Part shown: piece by piece, positions 28,939 to 39,042 of the stretch
How positions within the stretch are numbered: position 1 is the stretch's first letter
Layout: each line of letters starts with the position of its first letter
IMG/VR virus record: IMGVR_UViG_3300010381_000013
Coordinates: 1-54,006 of that record
Length of the DNA: 54,006 bases
Source: a virus
Taxonomy: Duplodnaviria; Caudoviricetes
Strand: one strand, 5' to 3'
Position numbers and translations under genes: made by a program
Notes under the pieces: generated by a model
What the model saw: the letters and a program-made list of their open reading frames with translations, nothing else
The model's database searches: none
Told to the model about the DNA's origin: nothing

Positions 28939-29810
28939 TGGGCGCGGCCAAACAAACCATGCTGGTGAATGTCGGCAAGGACACGGACTGCCCGACGTCG
29001 CTCCTGGAGTTCCCGCAGCAGGACGTGGACCCGGGCGAGGCCGTGACCATCCGCGTCTGGGCTCCCGATCCGGCGCTTTTGACCGGCCTGCGTCTGGACG
29101 CCGGTCTGACGTCCCTTGGCCCGGGCACGCCCAACGTCTGGCCCGGCCAGACCACGTGCAAGTATTTCGATTTCGAGGGCGATGGCGACGCCCAGCAGTT
29201 CGACTATCCCGTCACCGGCATCTCGCGCGTCATAGCCTTTTCGCCGCTTTACGGCCTGTCCGATGCCGGCGTGCTGACGACGCTTGCTCCGGCTGGGGCG
29301 GACATCACCGGGCTTTTCCACCGACGGGGCTATGCCTGCCTGGTCCCGGCCGCCGGCCTGCCGGGGCTCTACGGCACGGTGCACGTGGTGGGCGTGCGCG
29401 CGCCCTATTGCCGCGAATTTTTCTGGACCGCGCCGGCCGATCCGCGCGGCGCGCAATGGTTCTTTCTCTGGGAAGACGGCGAACTCACGCACCGCTTTTC
29501 CCTGACGCTCTCCGAGGACCCGGATGACACGTCCGTTTGCTACACCGACGTCAAGATCCGGGTCATCGACCGCCGCACCGCCGGGGCCGTGCTCGGCGCG
29601 TCCGTTGTCCTGAACGGCGTCAACGTCGGCCAGACCGACCAGCGCTACGGCTTCGTCAAGGTGTTCCGCCACCTCTCCGGCACGTTCCCCATCGTGGTGA
29701 CCAAGGCCGGCTACACGGCGTCGAATGCCGATTCCTACACCGACAACGACAGCATCACCATTGCGCCGGCCGGCGGCGAGGTGCGCGTCAAAATCGGGGG
29801 CTACGCGTGA
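28938..29810 (+). CDS. Tail tip protein with a C-terminal beta-sandwich/PEGA-like segment
   Basis: Coupled ORF; GASVVLNGVNVGQTD...VTKAGY; N-terminus paralogous to the next gene. Confidence 0.55.
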   Translation: MGAAKQTMLVNVGKDTDCPTSLLEFPQQDVDPGEAVTIRVWAPDPALLTGLRLDAGLTSLGPGTPNVWPGQTTCKYFDFEGDGDAQQFDYPVTGISRVIAFSPLYGLSDAGVLTTLAPAGADITGLFHRRGYACLVPAAGLPGLYGTVHVVGVRAPYCREFFWTAPADPRGAQWFFLWEDGELTHRFSLTLSEDPDDTSVCYTDVKIRVIDRRTAGAVLGASVVLNGVNVGQTDQRYGFVKVFRHLSGTFPIVVTKAGYTASNADSYTDNDSITIAPAGGEVRVKIGGYA

Positions 29811-30874
29811 GTTCCGTGCAAACCATGCTGGTCCCGTTCTCGTCGTCCGGCCAGGAAAACGGCGGCGTCAAGATCGAGGTGCCGACGCAGTCCGTGGACC
29901 CGGGCGAGCCGGTCCGCATGTATCTCTGGGGCGCGTCCGCCGACGCCCTGGCCGGCTACACCCTGACCCAGGGCGCGGACGGGCTCGGCTCGGGCACGCT
30001 GCGCCAGTTCCCAGGCCAGACCGAGGCAAGCCTTTTCGACCTGGACGGCACGGGCGGTCTGAAATCCTTTGACTGGCCGGTCGTGCGGCTCCTGACCGTG
30101 GTGGCGTTGGGTCACTGCTTCGTCGTGGGCGGCAACGACGTGAGCGTGGTGGCCCTGCCCGGCGAGGACGTGACGCGGTTTTTCCGGCTCTCGGGCAACA
30201 CCCTGGCCCCGGCCGTGGGCGCGCCCAGGCTGGTCGGTTCGGTCCTGGCCACGGCCGCGCGCTCGCCCTGGTGCCGCGAATGGCGCTGGACCGCCCCGGC
30301 CAAACCGTCGGCCGGGTTCCCGGCCGGCACCTGCACCGACGACGAGGACGACCGCGACGACACGGCCTACTGGTTTTTCCTGCTGCGCTGGGAGGTGTTG
30401 GCGGAAGAGTTTTCCATGAGCCTGTCCGTCAACGATTCCTATGTCGTGGATACGGGCGGCTCGGACGATAGCGGCGACGATGATTTCGACTATGGGACGG
30501 TCTGGGCGCAGCTTTCCTGGAACACCCTGGACGACCTGGATCTCTGGGTCGTCGATCCCTGCGAAAACCGCATCTGGTACGGCAGGATGGAACAGACCTG
30601 CGACGGCAAAACCGGGACCCTCGATATCGACGCCAACGCCGCCATGAATTCGAACAGCACGGAAACGCCTGTCGAACGCATCGCCTTCGAGAATCCCAAG
30701 CGCGGCACCTACGTGGTCATCGTTTCCTTCTACCTGTCCCACATCCAGGGGAAGACCGTGGATTTTTCATTGCTCATCCAGACGGGGAAAGGGCTCGTCT
30801 CCCTGTCTGATTCGATCCAGTTCGTCGAGGGGCGCGACAAGGATTACAAGACCATGCTCACGTTTACCTATTGA
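29807..30874 (+). CDS. Tail tip protein with a C-terminal YfaP/DUF2135-like domain
   Basis: GTG overlaps the previous stop; QLSWNTLDDLDLWVVDP...IWY...GTLDIDAN...VERI...GTYVVIVSFY. Confidence 0.6.
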   Translation: MSSVQTMLVPFSSSGQENGGVKIEVPTQSVDPGEPVRMYLWGASADALAGYTLTQGADGLGSGTLRQFPGQTEASLFDLDGTGGLKSFDWPVVRLLTVVALGHCFVVGGNDVSVVALPGEDVTRFFRLSGNTLAPAVGAPRLVGSVLATAARSPWCREWRWTAPAKPSAGFPAGTCTDDEDDRDDTAYWFFLLRWEVLAEEFSMSLSVNDSYVVDTGGSDDSGDDDFDYGTVWAQLSWNTLDDLDLWVVDPCENRIWYGRMEQTCDGKTGTLDIDANAAMNSNSTETPVERIAFENPKRGTYVVIVSFYLSHIQGKTVDFSLLIQTGKGLVSLSDSIQFVEGRDKDYKTMLTFTY

Positions 30875-30882
30875 GGTGCAAC

Positions 30883-31875
30883 ATGCTGCTTTCCTCCGAA
30901 ATCATCATCCGCAAAAGCGCCACCGTCACCGACACCGCGTCGAACGGCGGTCGCATGAGCAAGAACGCCGTCACGTCCGGCGCGAACCGCAATTTCCTGC
31001 GCGACTGGACCCTGGCCGAGGCGCAAAACGGCGGCACGATGCTGCGCAAGTTTTTCCTGCACGCGGCCAATGCCGATAACCTGACCTATGCCCAGGCCGG
31101 CATCCATCTGCTCACGCCCTCGGCGGCGGACGAGCGGGTGGCGCTTTTCGCCGGCACGGCCACGGACACCCAGGCCGGGCTGTCGGCCAGCCCGACGACC
31201 TACGGCGCGGGTACGTTGCAGGCGGCCGTGACCGCCGGAGCCACGGCCTTTGCCGTGGTGCTCAAGGACACGGGGCTCGCCTATTTCCACAACGGCGACA
31301 CGGTGTGCCTCTATCAGCCCGGCGCGGCGTCGGACGGCAGCGAGGACGTCTACGAGTACCATGACGGCGTCACCGTCTCCCAGGACGCCGGCGTGGCCAC
31401 CATCACCCTGGCCGACGGCGACATGGTGGCCTCCGATTACGCCGCCGGCGACGGTTGTTCCTCGGTGCTGCAATTCGGCGACATCGCCCCGGCCGTGGCC
31501 CTTACGGCAATGACATCGGCCGCCGGCATCGTGGACGTGGCCGGCATCACGCCGGACGCCATTGCCGGCATCGACCACACGGTCACGATCACCTTCACCT
31601 CGCCCACGGCGTTCTCGGCCGTCTCGGACGTGCTCGGCGCGCTCGGCGCCGGGACCACCGGCAACGATTTCGCGCCGACCAACGCGGATTTCACCCGCCC
31701 CTATTGCACCATCGCGGCCAGCGCCTGGAGCGGCACCTTCGCGGCCGGGGACATCGTGACGTTCGACCAGACGGCGGCCGCCGCCGCGTTCTGGATGCGG
31801 TCCGTGCTGCCGACCGGGGCCTCGCCCTTTGCCGGCGAGGCCTTCAGCCTGCGCGCCATCGGCGGCAGCAACTAG
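30883..31875 (+). CDS. Tail structural protein
   Basis: SNGGRMS...LRKFF N-terminus; Ala/Thr/Gly-rich; tail operon position. Confidence 0.6.
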   Translation: MLLSSEIIIRKSATVTDTASNGGRMSKNAVTSGANRNFLRDWTLAEAQNGGTMLRKFFLHAANADNLTYAQAGIHLLTPSAADERVALFAGTATDTQAGLSASPTTYGAGTLQAAVTAGATAFAVVLKDTGLAYFHNGDTVCLYQPGAASDGSEDVYEYHDGVTVSQDAGVATITLADGDMVASDYAAGDGCSSVLQFGDIAPAVALTAMTSAAGIVDVAGITPDAIAGIDHTVTITFTSPTAFSAVSDVLGALGAGTTGNDFAPTNADFTRPYCTIAASAWSGTFAAGDIVTFDQTAAAAAFWMRSVLPTGASPFAGEAFSLRAIGGSN

Positions 31876-31887
31876 GGGGATGCGGAC

Positions 31888-32328
31888 ATGAACAGCACGT
31901 CGCAACTGTACAACCACGTGGGTGAGCTTCTCGGCCTGGGGGCGCTCGCCTGGGGCGCGGACACGCTCAAACTGGCGTTGCTCGGCTCCGGGTATGTGTT
32001 CGATGCGGAGCATACGGCCTTTGCCGATATCGCGGCCTACGAAGTTTCGGGCGAGGGCTACGCCGCCGGCGGCCTTGCCCTTTCCGGGGCGACCGTCATT
32101 CGCTCCTCGGCGGTCACGGCTCTGGACGCGGCCGATCTGACCATATCCGGCATAACCGCCACCTTCCGCTTTGGCGTGGTGTATGTGGAGGGAGCGAAAA
32201 ACGGCGTGGTCAATCCGCTTGTCAAGCACATCCTGTTCGACGACACCCCGGCGGACATCGCCTTGGCCGGGGACGCCCTCCCCATCGCCTGGGGCCCAGG
32301 CGGGCTGGCCCGGCTGACGGTGGGGTGA
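31888..32328 (+). CDS. Tail structural protein
   Basis: DTLKLALL, EVSGEGYAAGG, LDAAD motifs common in siphovirus minor tail proteins. Confidence 0.65.
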   Translation: MNSTSQLYNHVGELLGLGALAWGADTLKLALLGSGYVFDAEHTAFADIAAYEVSGEGYAAGGLALSGATVIRSSAVTALDAADLTISGITATFRFGVVYVEGAKNGVVNPLVKHILFDDTPADIALAGDALPIAWGPGGLARLTVG

Positions 32329-32334
32329 CCGGCC

Positions 32335-34341
32335 ATGGCGTCCGGCGTCTTTTACCCCGCAGCGTCCACGGATACCGGCTATTGGTTCATCAACGGCGGC
32401 TGGTTCCAGCCCTCCGGCTATAACGGCCGGACAGCCGCTGCGGGCAACTACAACGGCAACAGCGAAGGTGCCTGGGCGCGTTTCCAGAATGTCGCCATTC
32501 CCCCGGGGGCGACGATCACGTCCGCGTTCCTGCGGCTCACCTCCAACAACAGCGCCGCAACCTCGTCGACGGTTTCCCTGGCCGTTCGCGCCGAACTGGC
32601 GGATTCCCCCCCCGCGCCGACATCGATCACCGACGCCAACAGCCGTATAAAATCCGACGGCGTGAGCTGGTTTCCCGGCGACTGGACGGCACAGGCCTAC
32701 GACTCCCCGGATATCGCTTCCGCCATCCAGGAGGTCGTGGACAGGGCGGGATGGGAGGCGGGAAACGCCCTACAGATCTTTGTGCTGGATAGCGGAAGCT
32801 CTTTCGGCGCCGAGCGTGCGTTTTACTGCTTTGGCAACGGCACGGGATATCCCGAGCTGCACGTCACCTGGGCGGAAGGGGTCGAAATCCCGACCGACGA
32901 TATTGCCGTGGCCGCCCCTTCCCCGTCCGTCAGGCACATCGTCATCCCGACAAACACGCTCACGGTTTCGTCCCCGCCGGTTTCGATCGGCGACATCCGC
33001 CTTGATTTCATTGTGCGTCATCTGATCCCGGTCGGCCGGGATTTGATGGCACGCCATCTGGCCCCGGGCGTGCTGGCCGATTTCGCGGCAGCGCACAGCG
33101 TGGCCGGCTGGGTGTGGCGCGGCTTCACGGCCGCCCATGCCGTGCCCGCCCTGGTGGCCCGGGCCTTTCGCGCGCGCCATGCCGTGCTCGATATCAACCC
33201 GGCCAGCCGCCAATGGACGTCGCGCCACGGCATCCCGGCCGATACCGCCATTTTCCGGCCGGCATCCTGGTCGGCCGTGTTCGACGACGACGGGTCCCTC
33301 CTGGACCTCTCCGGCGCGACCATCACCGGGGACCGTGAATCCTACGCCTGGAGTGTGGACCTGACCTTGCCCGACGCCGAAGCCTGGGCCGACTGCACGC
33401 CCGGCCGCCGGCTGACGTTGACCGTTTCGGGCATGCCCTTCGCCCTGGTCCTCGAGGGCCGGACCCGGGACCGCGCGGCGACCAGCGCCGAATGGACGGC
33501 CACGGCCCGCACCGTCTCGTGCCTGCTGGGCGAGCCCTACGCCGACAGTCTCACGCAATCCTGGCCGGAAATCACCGCCAGCCAGGCCGCCGCCGAACTG
33601 GCCGCCCTGGCCGGGCTCCCCTGCGCCTGGGAGGTCTGCGACTGGATCTTGCCGGCCGGCAGGCTGACGGCGGACGCCGAAACGCCGGCTGCGGTGCTGT
33701 CCCGTTTGGCCCAAAGCTGCGGCGGCATGCTGCAACCGGCCCCGGCCGGGGGGGTGAGGGTCGTCTACCGCTACCCGGTCGGCGTCACCGAATATGCATC
33801 GGCCACGCCCCGGGCCAGCCTCACCGCGGCCGATGCCGTGCTGACCCTTTCCGAAACCTACAGCGCCCAGCCCGGGTACGACGCGGTCACTGTGGCGGAT
33901 AACCGCGCGGCGTCCGATGCGTATTTGACGTGGGAGCTGGACAGCGACCGCAACGCCGGCCGCGACACGTTCCCCCCGGGCGAGCCCTGCTACCTGCGCG
34001 TGTACCATGAGGTGGACTATGCCGTGCGCGCCACCTCCGGCACCCTGGAGCGGATTGCCGTGGACGAAGAGGAAAGCCTGACCGAGACGGTCGGTTTCGA
34101 CGACGAGGACGCGGCCGATTTGAACAAACTGGTGGCGGCCGTGGACGCGGTCGTCTGGTGGGGGGCGGACCTGGGCGCGGTTGTTCCCAACGGTGGCGGA
34201 AGCGTGCTGCTGTCCGGCGGCGCGGGCTTTTCCGTGGCCGAAATCACCTACCGCACCCGGTACGACGTCTGGAAGCTGATGCCGGCGGCGCTCGGCGAGG
34301 CGTTCCCGGTCATGCTCGAACTGGCGGAGGCGGACACATGA
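32335..34341 (+). CDS. Tail protein: N-terminal putative carbohydrate-binding beta domain plus hub-like C-terminal region
   Basis: ARFQNVAIPPGATITSAFLRLT...SPDIASAIQEVVDRAGW...PELHVTW; C-terminal WEVCDWILPAG...LAQSCGG. Confidence 0.6.
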   Translation: MASGVFYPAASTDTGYWFINGGWFQPSGYNGRTAAAGNYNGNSEGAWARFQNVAIPPGATITSAFLRLTSNNSAATSSTVSLAVRAELADSPPAPTSITDANSRIKSDGVSWFPGDWTAQAYDSPDIASAIQEVVDRAGWEAGNALQIFVLDSGSSFGAERAFYCFGNGTGYPELHVTWAEGVEIPTDDIAVAAPSPSVRHIVIPTNTLTVSSPPVSIGDIRLDFIVRHLIPVGRDLMARHLAPGVLADFAAAHSVAGWVWRGFTAAHAVPALVARAFRARHAVLDINPASRQWTSRHGIPADTAIFRPASWSAVFDDDGSLLDLSGATITGDRESYAWSVDLTLPDAEAWADCTPGRRLTLTVSGMPFALVLEGRTRDRAATSAEWTATARTVSCLLGEPYADSLTQSWPEITASQAAAELAALAGLPCAWEVCDWILPAGRLTADAETPAAVLSRLAQSCGGMLQPAPAGGVRVVYRYPVGVTEYASATPRASLTAADAVLTLSETYSAQPGYDAVTVADNRAASDAYLTWELDSDRNAGRDTFPPGEPCYLRVYHEVDYAVRATSGTLERIAVDEEESLTETVGFDDEDAADLNKLVAAVDAVVWWGADLGAVVPNGGGSVLLSGGAGFSVAEITYRTRYDVWKLMPAALGEAFPVMLELAEADT

Positions 34342-34667
34342 GACTGACGGTTTTACGCGGCAACGGGGCATCCCCCGCGCCCGACGAGCTCACGGCGGAT
34401 CTGGCCTGTTCCGAGGCCCCGGCCACCCAGGCCGGGCGCAATTACCTGGACGAGTACGGCCAGGACGCGGCCGAGGTCGACGTGGCCTGCATGCCCGAGG
34501 CGGCCGTGGGCGTGCTCCTGCCCGGCGAACTGGTGGAGATCGACGACGGCCCGGCGGCGGAAACCTGGCGGGCCACGGTGACCGGCATCGAAATCGCCCT
34601 GGTCGTGGCCGATTCCGGCGCGGCGACGCTGACCCAAACCCTGACCGTGGAGCGGCCCCTTGAGTAA
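34338..34667 (+). CDS. Small tail protein
   Basis: Coupled ATG with GGAGG RBS; LLPGELVEI motif. Confidence 0.55.
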   Translation: MRLTVLRGNGASPAPDELTADLACSEAPATQAGRNYLDEYGQDAAEVDVACMPEAAVGVLLPGELVEIDDGPAAETWRATVTGIEIALVVADSGAATLTQTLTVERPLE

Positions 34668-34932
34668 CGCCCTGGCCCAACTGCGCCGCGTGGTCGCGCC
34701 GGCCCCACGTCGCCGCGCCGCCACCATCGCCCGCATCCTGGCCGGCGGCCGGGTGGAGCTGGCCGTGACGGCCGACACGTCCGGCGCGACTGCCACGGCC
34801 GGAGCGACCGCCGCCCGACCGGTGGTCTACTGCGGCGTGACCGTATCGGTCGGCGACCGGGTCCTTGTCGAGGGCGACCAGGTGGTCAGCCGGCTGGCCC
34901 GGGAGGCGGAGAGGACGGTAAGGATCAGGTGA
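34660..34932 (+). CDS. Small OB-fold-like tail protein, last gene of the late operon
   Basis: VSVGDRVLVEGDQVV motif; overlaps the previous gene. Confidence 0.6.
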   Translation: MSNALAQLRRVVAPAPRRRAATIARILAGGRVELAVTADTSGATATAGATAARPVVYCGVTVSVGDRVLVEGDQVVSRLAREAERTVRIR

Positions 34933-34933
34933 G

Positions 34934-35893
34934 CGCTGGAGTTGACCCCGTTTTCCCTTCTGCTACGCTCTTCTCAATTTGACCCTGCAATACGCACGTG
35001 TTGCGACTTGACCCCGTTTTCCCTTCTGCTACGCTAGACTTTTCCCGCACCCGTGTGCTCTTCACGTTGCGACTTGACCCCGTTTTCCCTTCTGCTACGC
35101 TGGCCTCGTCCCGTGACGATCACCTGATCACGTTGCGACTTGACCCCGTTTTCCCTTCTGCTACGCTCTTGGCGATGAGCTGCATGACGTCGCCGAGGTT
35201 GCGACTTGACTCCGTTTTCCCTTCTGCTACGCTTCGTCCCATCTCTCTCGGACGCGAGAATTAGTTGCGACTTGACCCCGTTTTCCCTTCTGCTACGCTA
35301 GCACATCACAAGCGTCTTTGCAGCCTTCTGTTGCGACTTGACCCCGTTTTCCCTTCTGCTATGCTGGACGCCGGCACCGCCACGGCAGGGGACGAGTTGC
35401 GACTTGACCCCGTTTTCCCTTCTGCTACGCTGCCACGAGAATTCCCCCAGAACCACGTCCAGTTGCGACTTGACCCCGTTTTCCCTTCTGCTACGCTTCG
35501 CCTCCTCTAGTGTTGGCCCAGGGGGTGCGTTGCGACTTGACCCCGTTTTCCCTTCTGCTACGCTCGAGTTTGATAGGCCCGTCGCTGTGGGGAGTTGCGA
35601 CTTGACCCCGTTTTCCCTTCTGCTACGCTCAAACCAGAAGAGTTTAAAACAGTAAAGGCGTTGCGACTTGACCCCGTTTTCCCTTCTGCTACGCTGAACT
35701 CGTCTTACGAGTCGACCTGGGCGGCGTTGCGACTTGACCCCGTTTTCCCTTCTGCTACGCTGGCGTTATGGACAGGCAGCAGCCTGCTTATGTTGCGACT
35801 TGACCCCGTTTTCCCTTCTGCTACGCTCAGACGCACCAACGGCAGGTAGAGCCATGAGTTGCGACTTGACCCCGTTTTCCCTTCTGCTACGCC
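34934..35893 (+). CRISPR. Type II-C CRISPR array: 15 repeats of 36 bp (GTTGCGACTTGACCCCGTTTTCCCTTCTGCTACGCT) and 14 spacers of 29-31 bp
   Basis: Repeats start at 34934 (5'-degenerate), 35000, 35066, 35132, 35198, 35264, 35330, 35396, 35462, 35529, 35594, 35660, 35726, 35792, 35858; + orientation inferred from tracrRNA complementarity and the TGnTAnnnT box. Confidence 0.98.
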
Positions 35894-38800
35894 CCACGTC
35901 GCAAGTAAGTCACTTCTCCGGTTGGGCTGACGTACAAAGGTTTCGCCTGGCATTTGCGAAGCGCTTCCGGGCTCGATTTAAAAATATACGTGAATTCTTT
36001 CGCCTTATATCGTTTATCAGTATTTGCTTCAAAATGCTCTGCAAGAGCGATTTGTTTGGCGGAGAGCTTGACGATGTAGGCGATTATCGCTTTTTCATCC
36101 TGCACGATCTCGATCATATCACCCTTGAAAAGCTTTGTAATCAATTGTCCCGTCGCGGGCGGCGTCTTGGTCTCCGGATTATTGGCGTCGAATGTCGATA
36201 AAATTTCACCAGACCAGGTCGCATCTTCCTGGAGATAGATCGGGTAATAGGCGTTGGCGTCGCCTTTGAATCCTTTGTACGCATAGCCTTGTGCATTGCG
36301 AATGGGAATGATGTCCCATGTTTCAACAAGGCGGATGCGCCGAATGCCTTTCGCTTGGAAAAACTGCTGCGCCTTTTGCTTAAACATTTTATCCGGAAGA
36401 TCATTGAGGGAATCGGTCAATCTTGCGGCCGCCTTACTTTCGGAAAGTCCTTCGCACTCCTGAACAAGAGCCAGGCATTCCGCAAAGGGCCTGCCGCTGC
36501 AGGCGGCAAGGAGACGGGCCCTGATTCCGCGTCCTTTGATCTTGACCAGGTCCCCTGGCTTTGAAAGCGAATCCGCCGAAACACGGTGCTGCGTGTTGTT
36601 CATGGCCTTTGGCGTGGGGTTAACGATGCCATAGGCCGTAGCGTTGTGCAGACGACCCCCAAGTCCGTGGTCGGCGCGATGTGAAACGACGATCCGGTCA
36701 TGGGCGGCAAGGGCTTCTTCGCGAAAGCCGGGCCAGGGTTGCTCAAAATCCGCGAGAAACCGTTCCAAGCCGTTGGCGACCTCCCGCGCGTTGTGGTCCG
36801 CCGCTTTCTTGAGCAGGCTGCGGTCACAAACCCCGATCAGGGCAGCGTCGAGAGCGTGATGGCGGTGATCGTTACGATTTTTCTTCGGGAACCCCCAGGC
36901 GTGGGCCAGTAGGCGCGTCAACCGGCCGGGAGTCACCCAGATTTTGCGTTTGTCGCAAACGCAGGTCAGGTATTCGCCGGCAATGCGCGCAATGTATTGG
37001 GTGTCGACCAATTGTCTGTCCAAAAAATCCGCTTCGCGTTCCAGCCGCTCCATGGCATCGGGCGCGAACCTCCAGCGCTTGTTTTCCGGCAGGCGCGAGG
37101 CGCATTCCGCGATGCCTTCCCAGGAGTAGCCGTCTCGTGAATCGCCGAAGGCCTCATGGGGCGCGCGATTGAGCTTGTAGCGGTTGGCCCGTCGCAGGCA
37201 GACGGTTTTGTTGGCGGGGCTGTCGTCAAGACTACGGCTGAAGGGAAGAATATGGTCGATTTCCACGGCATCGGAAAGCAACATCGACACGCCGATGACT
37301 TCCCCCGTGTACGGGCAGCGTCGGGCCGCAGCATCATGGCCCAGGTCTTCCCACAGGCGGAGCCGCAGCATGGCATCGGCCGTGGGCTTGGCGCCGCATT
37401 CCTCAAGCTGCGCACGGCGCCTGTCGTTGGCGTCTTTGGCCTCCTTTTGCCTTTTACGGATTTTCTGCATCGCGGCCGGGCCGTTTTTCAGATCGCGGGC
37501 GACCTCCACGATGATTTGGGCCGGCTTGCCGTGGTCCTTGATCAATGCGTTGACGACCTTGCGCAACTGGTTGAGGGCGATATGGACAGTCGGATTGGGT
37601 ATGCGCCCCAGACGAACCTCTTGCGGGTCGGAATGCTTTCCTGAGCCGGGCTTGAGACATCGCGGCAGGGCGACACCGTAATAAGGCAGTCGATCAAAAA
37701 CTTCACCGGTCGAGAGGTCGGAATGGGATTTGAAGCCGGCGCGGGCAACCGCATCGCTGTAAGGAATCACATCCTTTTCGAGTTGTTCGCACAAGGCGGC
37801 CAGGGTCTCCCGGCAAAAACGGGCGTAGCCCCTCGGCAAGGCGGCCTGGGCCACGGCGGCCGCCTTGCTTGGGTCGAGGCTGCAATCCGAGACAAGCGCG
37901 GCAACAAGTTCTTCCTCGTCTTCCGCCATGAGGAGATGGTCCACAATCTCTTCACGAAGCTCGCGGGGCAAACATGCCCAGGCTTTGCCGAAATATTTTT
38001 TCCCGGAAAGGATCTTTGCCGTGGCATCGCCCTTGATTCCGTCCTTGGTGTCCGTGTCCAGGTTGAAGGCCACGCTTGGCGGGAGCTTCAGTTTGGCCCG
38101 AATGGCGTCGAAGCCCAGGTCCTTGCCGGTCTCGAGGATGGCGAGCAGGCTATCGCGCTCCTCCACAGTGAGCGGCCGCTCGGTAAGGTTGCCGGTATCG
38201 AGGACGCGCAGATGATTGAGGTCCTGAAGTATGCGGAAACGCTGGGCCACAGGTAGGGCGCGAGGCGCGCGCGGATAACGGGGCATCAGGGTGCACAGCC
38301 CAGGAGTGACAGGTTTGAGGGGGCGCTGAAAGAAAATGATGTCCCGGAGCCCTCCTCGCCCTTCGACGATTCGAGCAAGTTGGGGATGAAAGGGTGACTG
38401 CGCGGCGATGATCGCGTCAAATTCGGCTTCGGCCAGGGAGCGTTGCGGATAGAACGCATAATCAACCCCAGCGCCTTTCTTCACCGGACGGAAGCGGACC
38501 GGTCGGCCGGACTGACGGCAGTTGTGCAGGTATTCGCCAAGCGTCCGCATTCCGGACTGCTTCAGGCTGGCCGTCAACCTGGTGATGGCGGCTTTTATCT
38601 TTCCCGACTCCTGATCGTTGTCCGTCTTGCGGTTGCTTTTAAAGCCGCGTCGCTGGTTGAGATGGAACAACGCGCGACCGAGTTCAAATGGCTCCAGCCG
38701 GGAATCCAGGGCCTTCGCGCGCAGCCCGTAGGGATCAAGCGCCGCAAGTTGTTTCCGCTCACGCTCGTTGGAGGGCATGAACCCGTTCTGTATCAGAGCC

Positions 38801-39042
38801 TCAAGCAGCTCCTTGCGCCTTTTGAGAAACCGGTCTCGGCGTTTCCGCGCCTGTTTGGCCAACCGCCTGTCCTCGGCCAGGGATGTGCCGCTTTTGGCGT
38901 CACGCCCATCCGAAAAGATGCGAACCCCCATGCCCAGGATACCCTCGGGAGTGCCTTCCGGAAGCAATTTGAGCATGCACCAGCCGATGGAATTTGTGCC
39001 GAGATCCAGGGAAAGACGGTATGGGATTTGTTCGCTGGGCAC
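35887..39042 (-). CDS. cas9: Compact type II-C Cas9 (1051 aa) with intact catalytic motifs
   Basis: RuvC-I LSLDLGTNSIGW; Arg-rich bridge helix; RRGFKSNRK; RuvC-II IIVEVARDL; HNH EIDHILP...NK...N; RuvC-III HHALDA; AGGAGG RBS before GTG. Confidence 0.98.
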   Translation of the reverse strand: MPSEQIPYRLSLDLGTNSIGWCMLKLLPEGTPEGILGMGVRIFSDGRDAKSGTSLAEDRRLAKQARKRRDRFLKRRKELLEALIQNGFMPSNERERKQLAALDPYGLRAKALDSRLEPFELGRALFHLNQRRGFKSNRKTDNDQESGKIKAAITRLTASLKQSGMRTLGEYLHNCRQSGRPVRFRPVKKGAGVDYAFYPQRSLAEAEFDAIIAAQSPFHPQLARIVEGRGGLRDIIFFQRPLKPVTPGLCTLMPRYPRAPRALPVAQRFRILQDLNHLRVLDTGNLTERPLTVEERDSLLAILETGKDLGFDAIRAKLKLPPSVAFNLDTDTKDGIKGDATAKILSGKKYFGKAWACLPRELREEIVDHLLMAEDEEELVAALVSDCSLDPSKAAAVAQAALPRGYARFCRETLAALCEQLEKDVIPYSDAVARAGFKSHSDLSTGEVFDRLPYYGVALPRCLKPGSGKHSDPQEVRLGRIPNPTVHIALNQLRKVVNALIKDHGKPAQIIVEVARDLKNGPAAMQKIRKRQKEAKDANDRRRAQLEECGAKPTADAMLRLRLWEDLGHDAAARRCPYTGEVIGVSMLLSDAVEIDHILPFSRSLDDSPANKTVCLRRANRYKLNRAPHEAFGDSRDGYSWEGIAECASRLPENKRWRFAPDAMERLEREADFLDRQLVDTQYIARIAGEYLTCVCDKRKIWVTPGRLTRLLAHAWGFPKKNRNDHRHHALDAALIGVCDRSLLKKAADHNAREVANGLERFLADFEQPWPGFREEALAAHDRIVVSHRADHGLGGRLHNATAYGIVNPTPKAMNNTQHRVSADSLSKPGDLVKIKGRGIRARLLAACSGRPFAECLALVQECEGLSESKAAARLTDSLNDLPDKMFKQKAQQFFQAKGIRRIRLVETWDIIPIRNAQGYAYKGFKGDANAYYPIYLQEDATWSGEILSTFDANNPETKTPPATGQLITKLFKGDMIEIVQDEKAIIAYIVKLSAKQIALAEHFEANTDKRYKAKEFTYIFKSSPEALRKCQAKPLYVSPTGEVTYLRRGA

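Noticed and set aside
2201-34371. Many long antisense or alternate-frame ORFs (e.g. 2201-3805, 6938-8767, 14152-15948, 16323-18605, 32770-34371)
   Set aside because: Shadow ORFs from high GC3 codon usage opposite well-supported genes; no motifs or RBS
28555-34932. Diversity-generating retroelement or invertible tail-fibre cassette
   Set aside because: No reverse transcriptase, TR/VR pair or invertase seen
34998-35953. ORFs of 81-105 aa with repeated LRLDPVFPSATL
   Set aside because: Translation of the 66-bp CRISPR period; not genes
35887-39042. Possibility that Cas9 is nuclease-dead, IscB-like or transposon-associated
   Set aside because: RuvC and HNH residues are present, the REC lobe is full II-C size, and no transposase or transposon ends are visible
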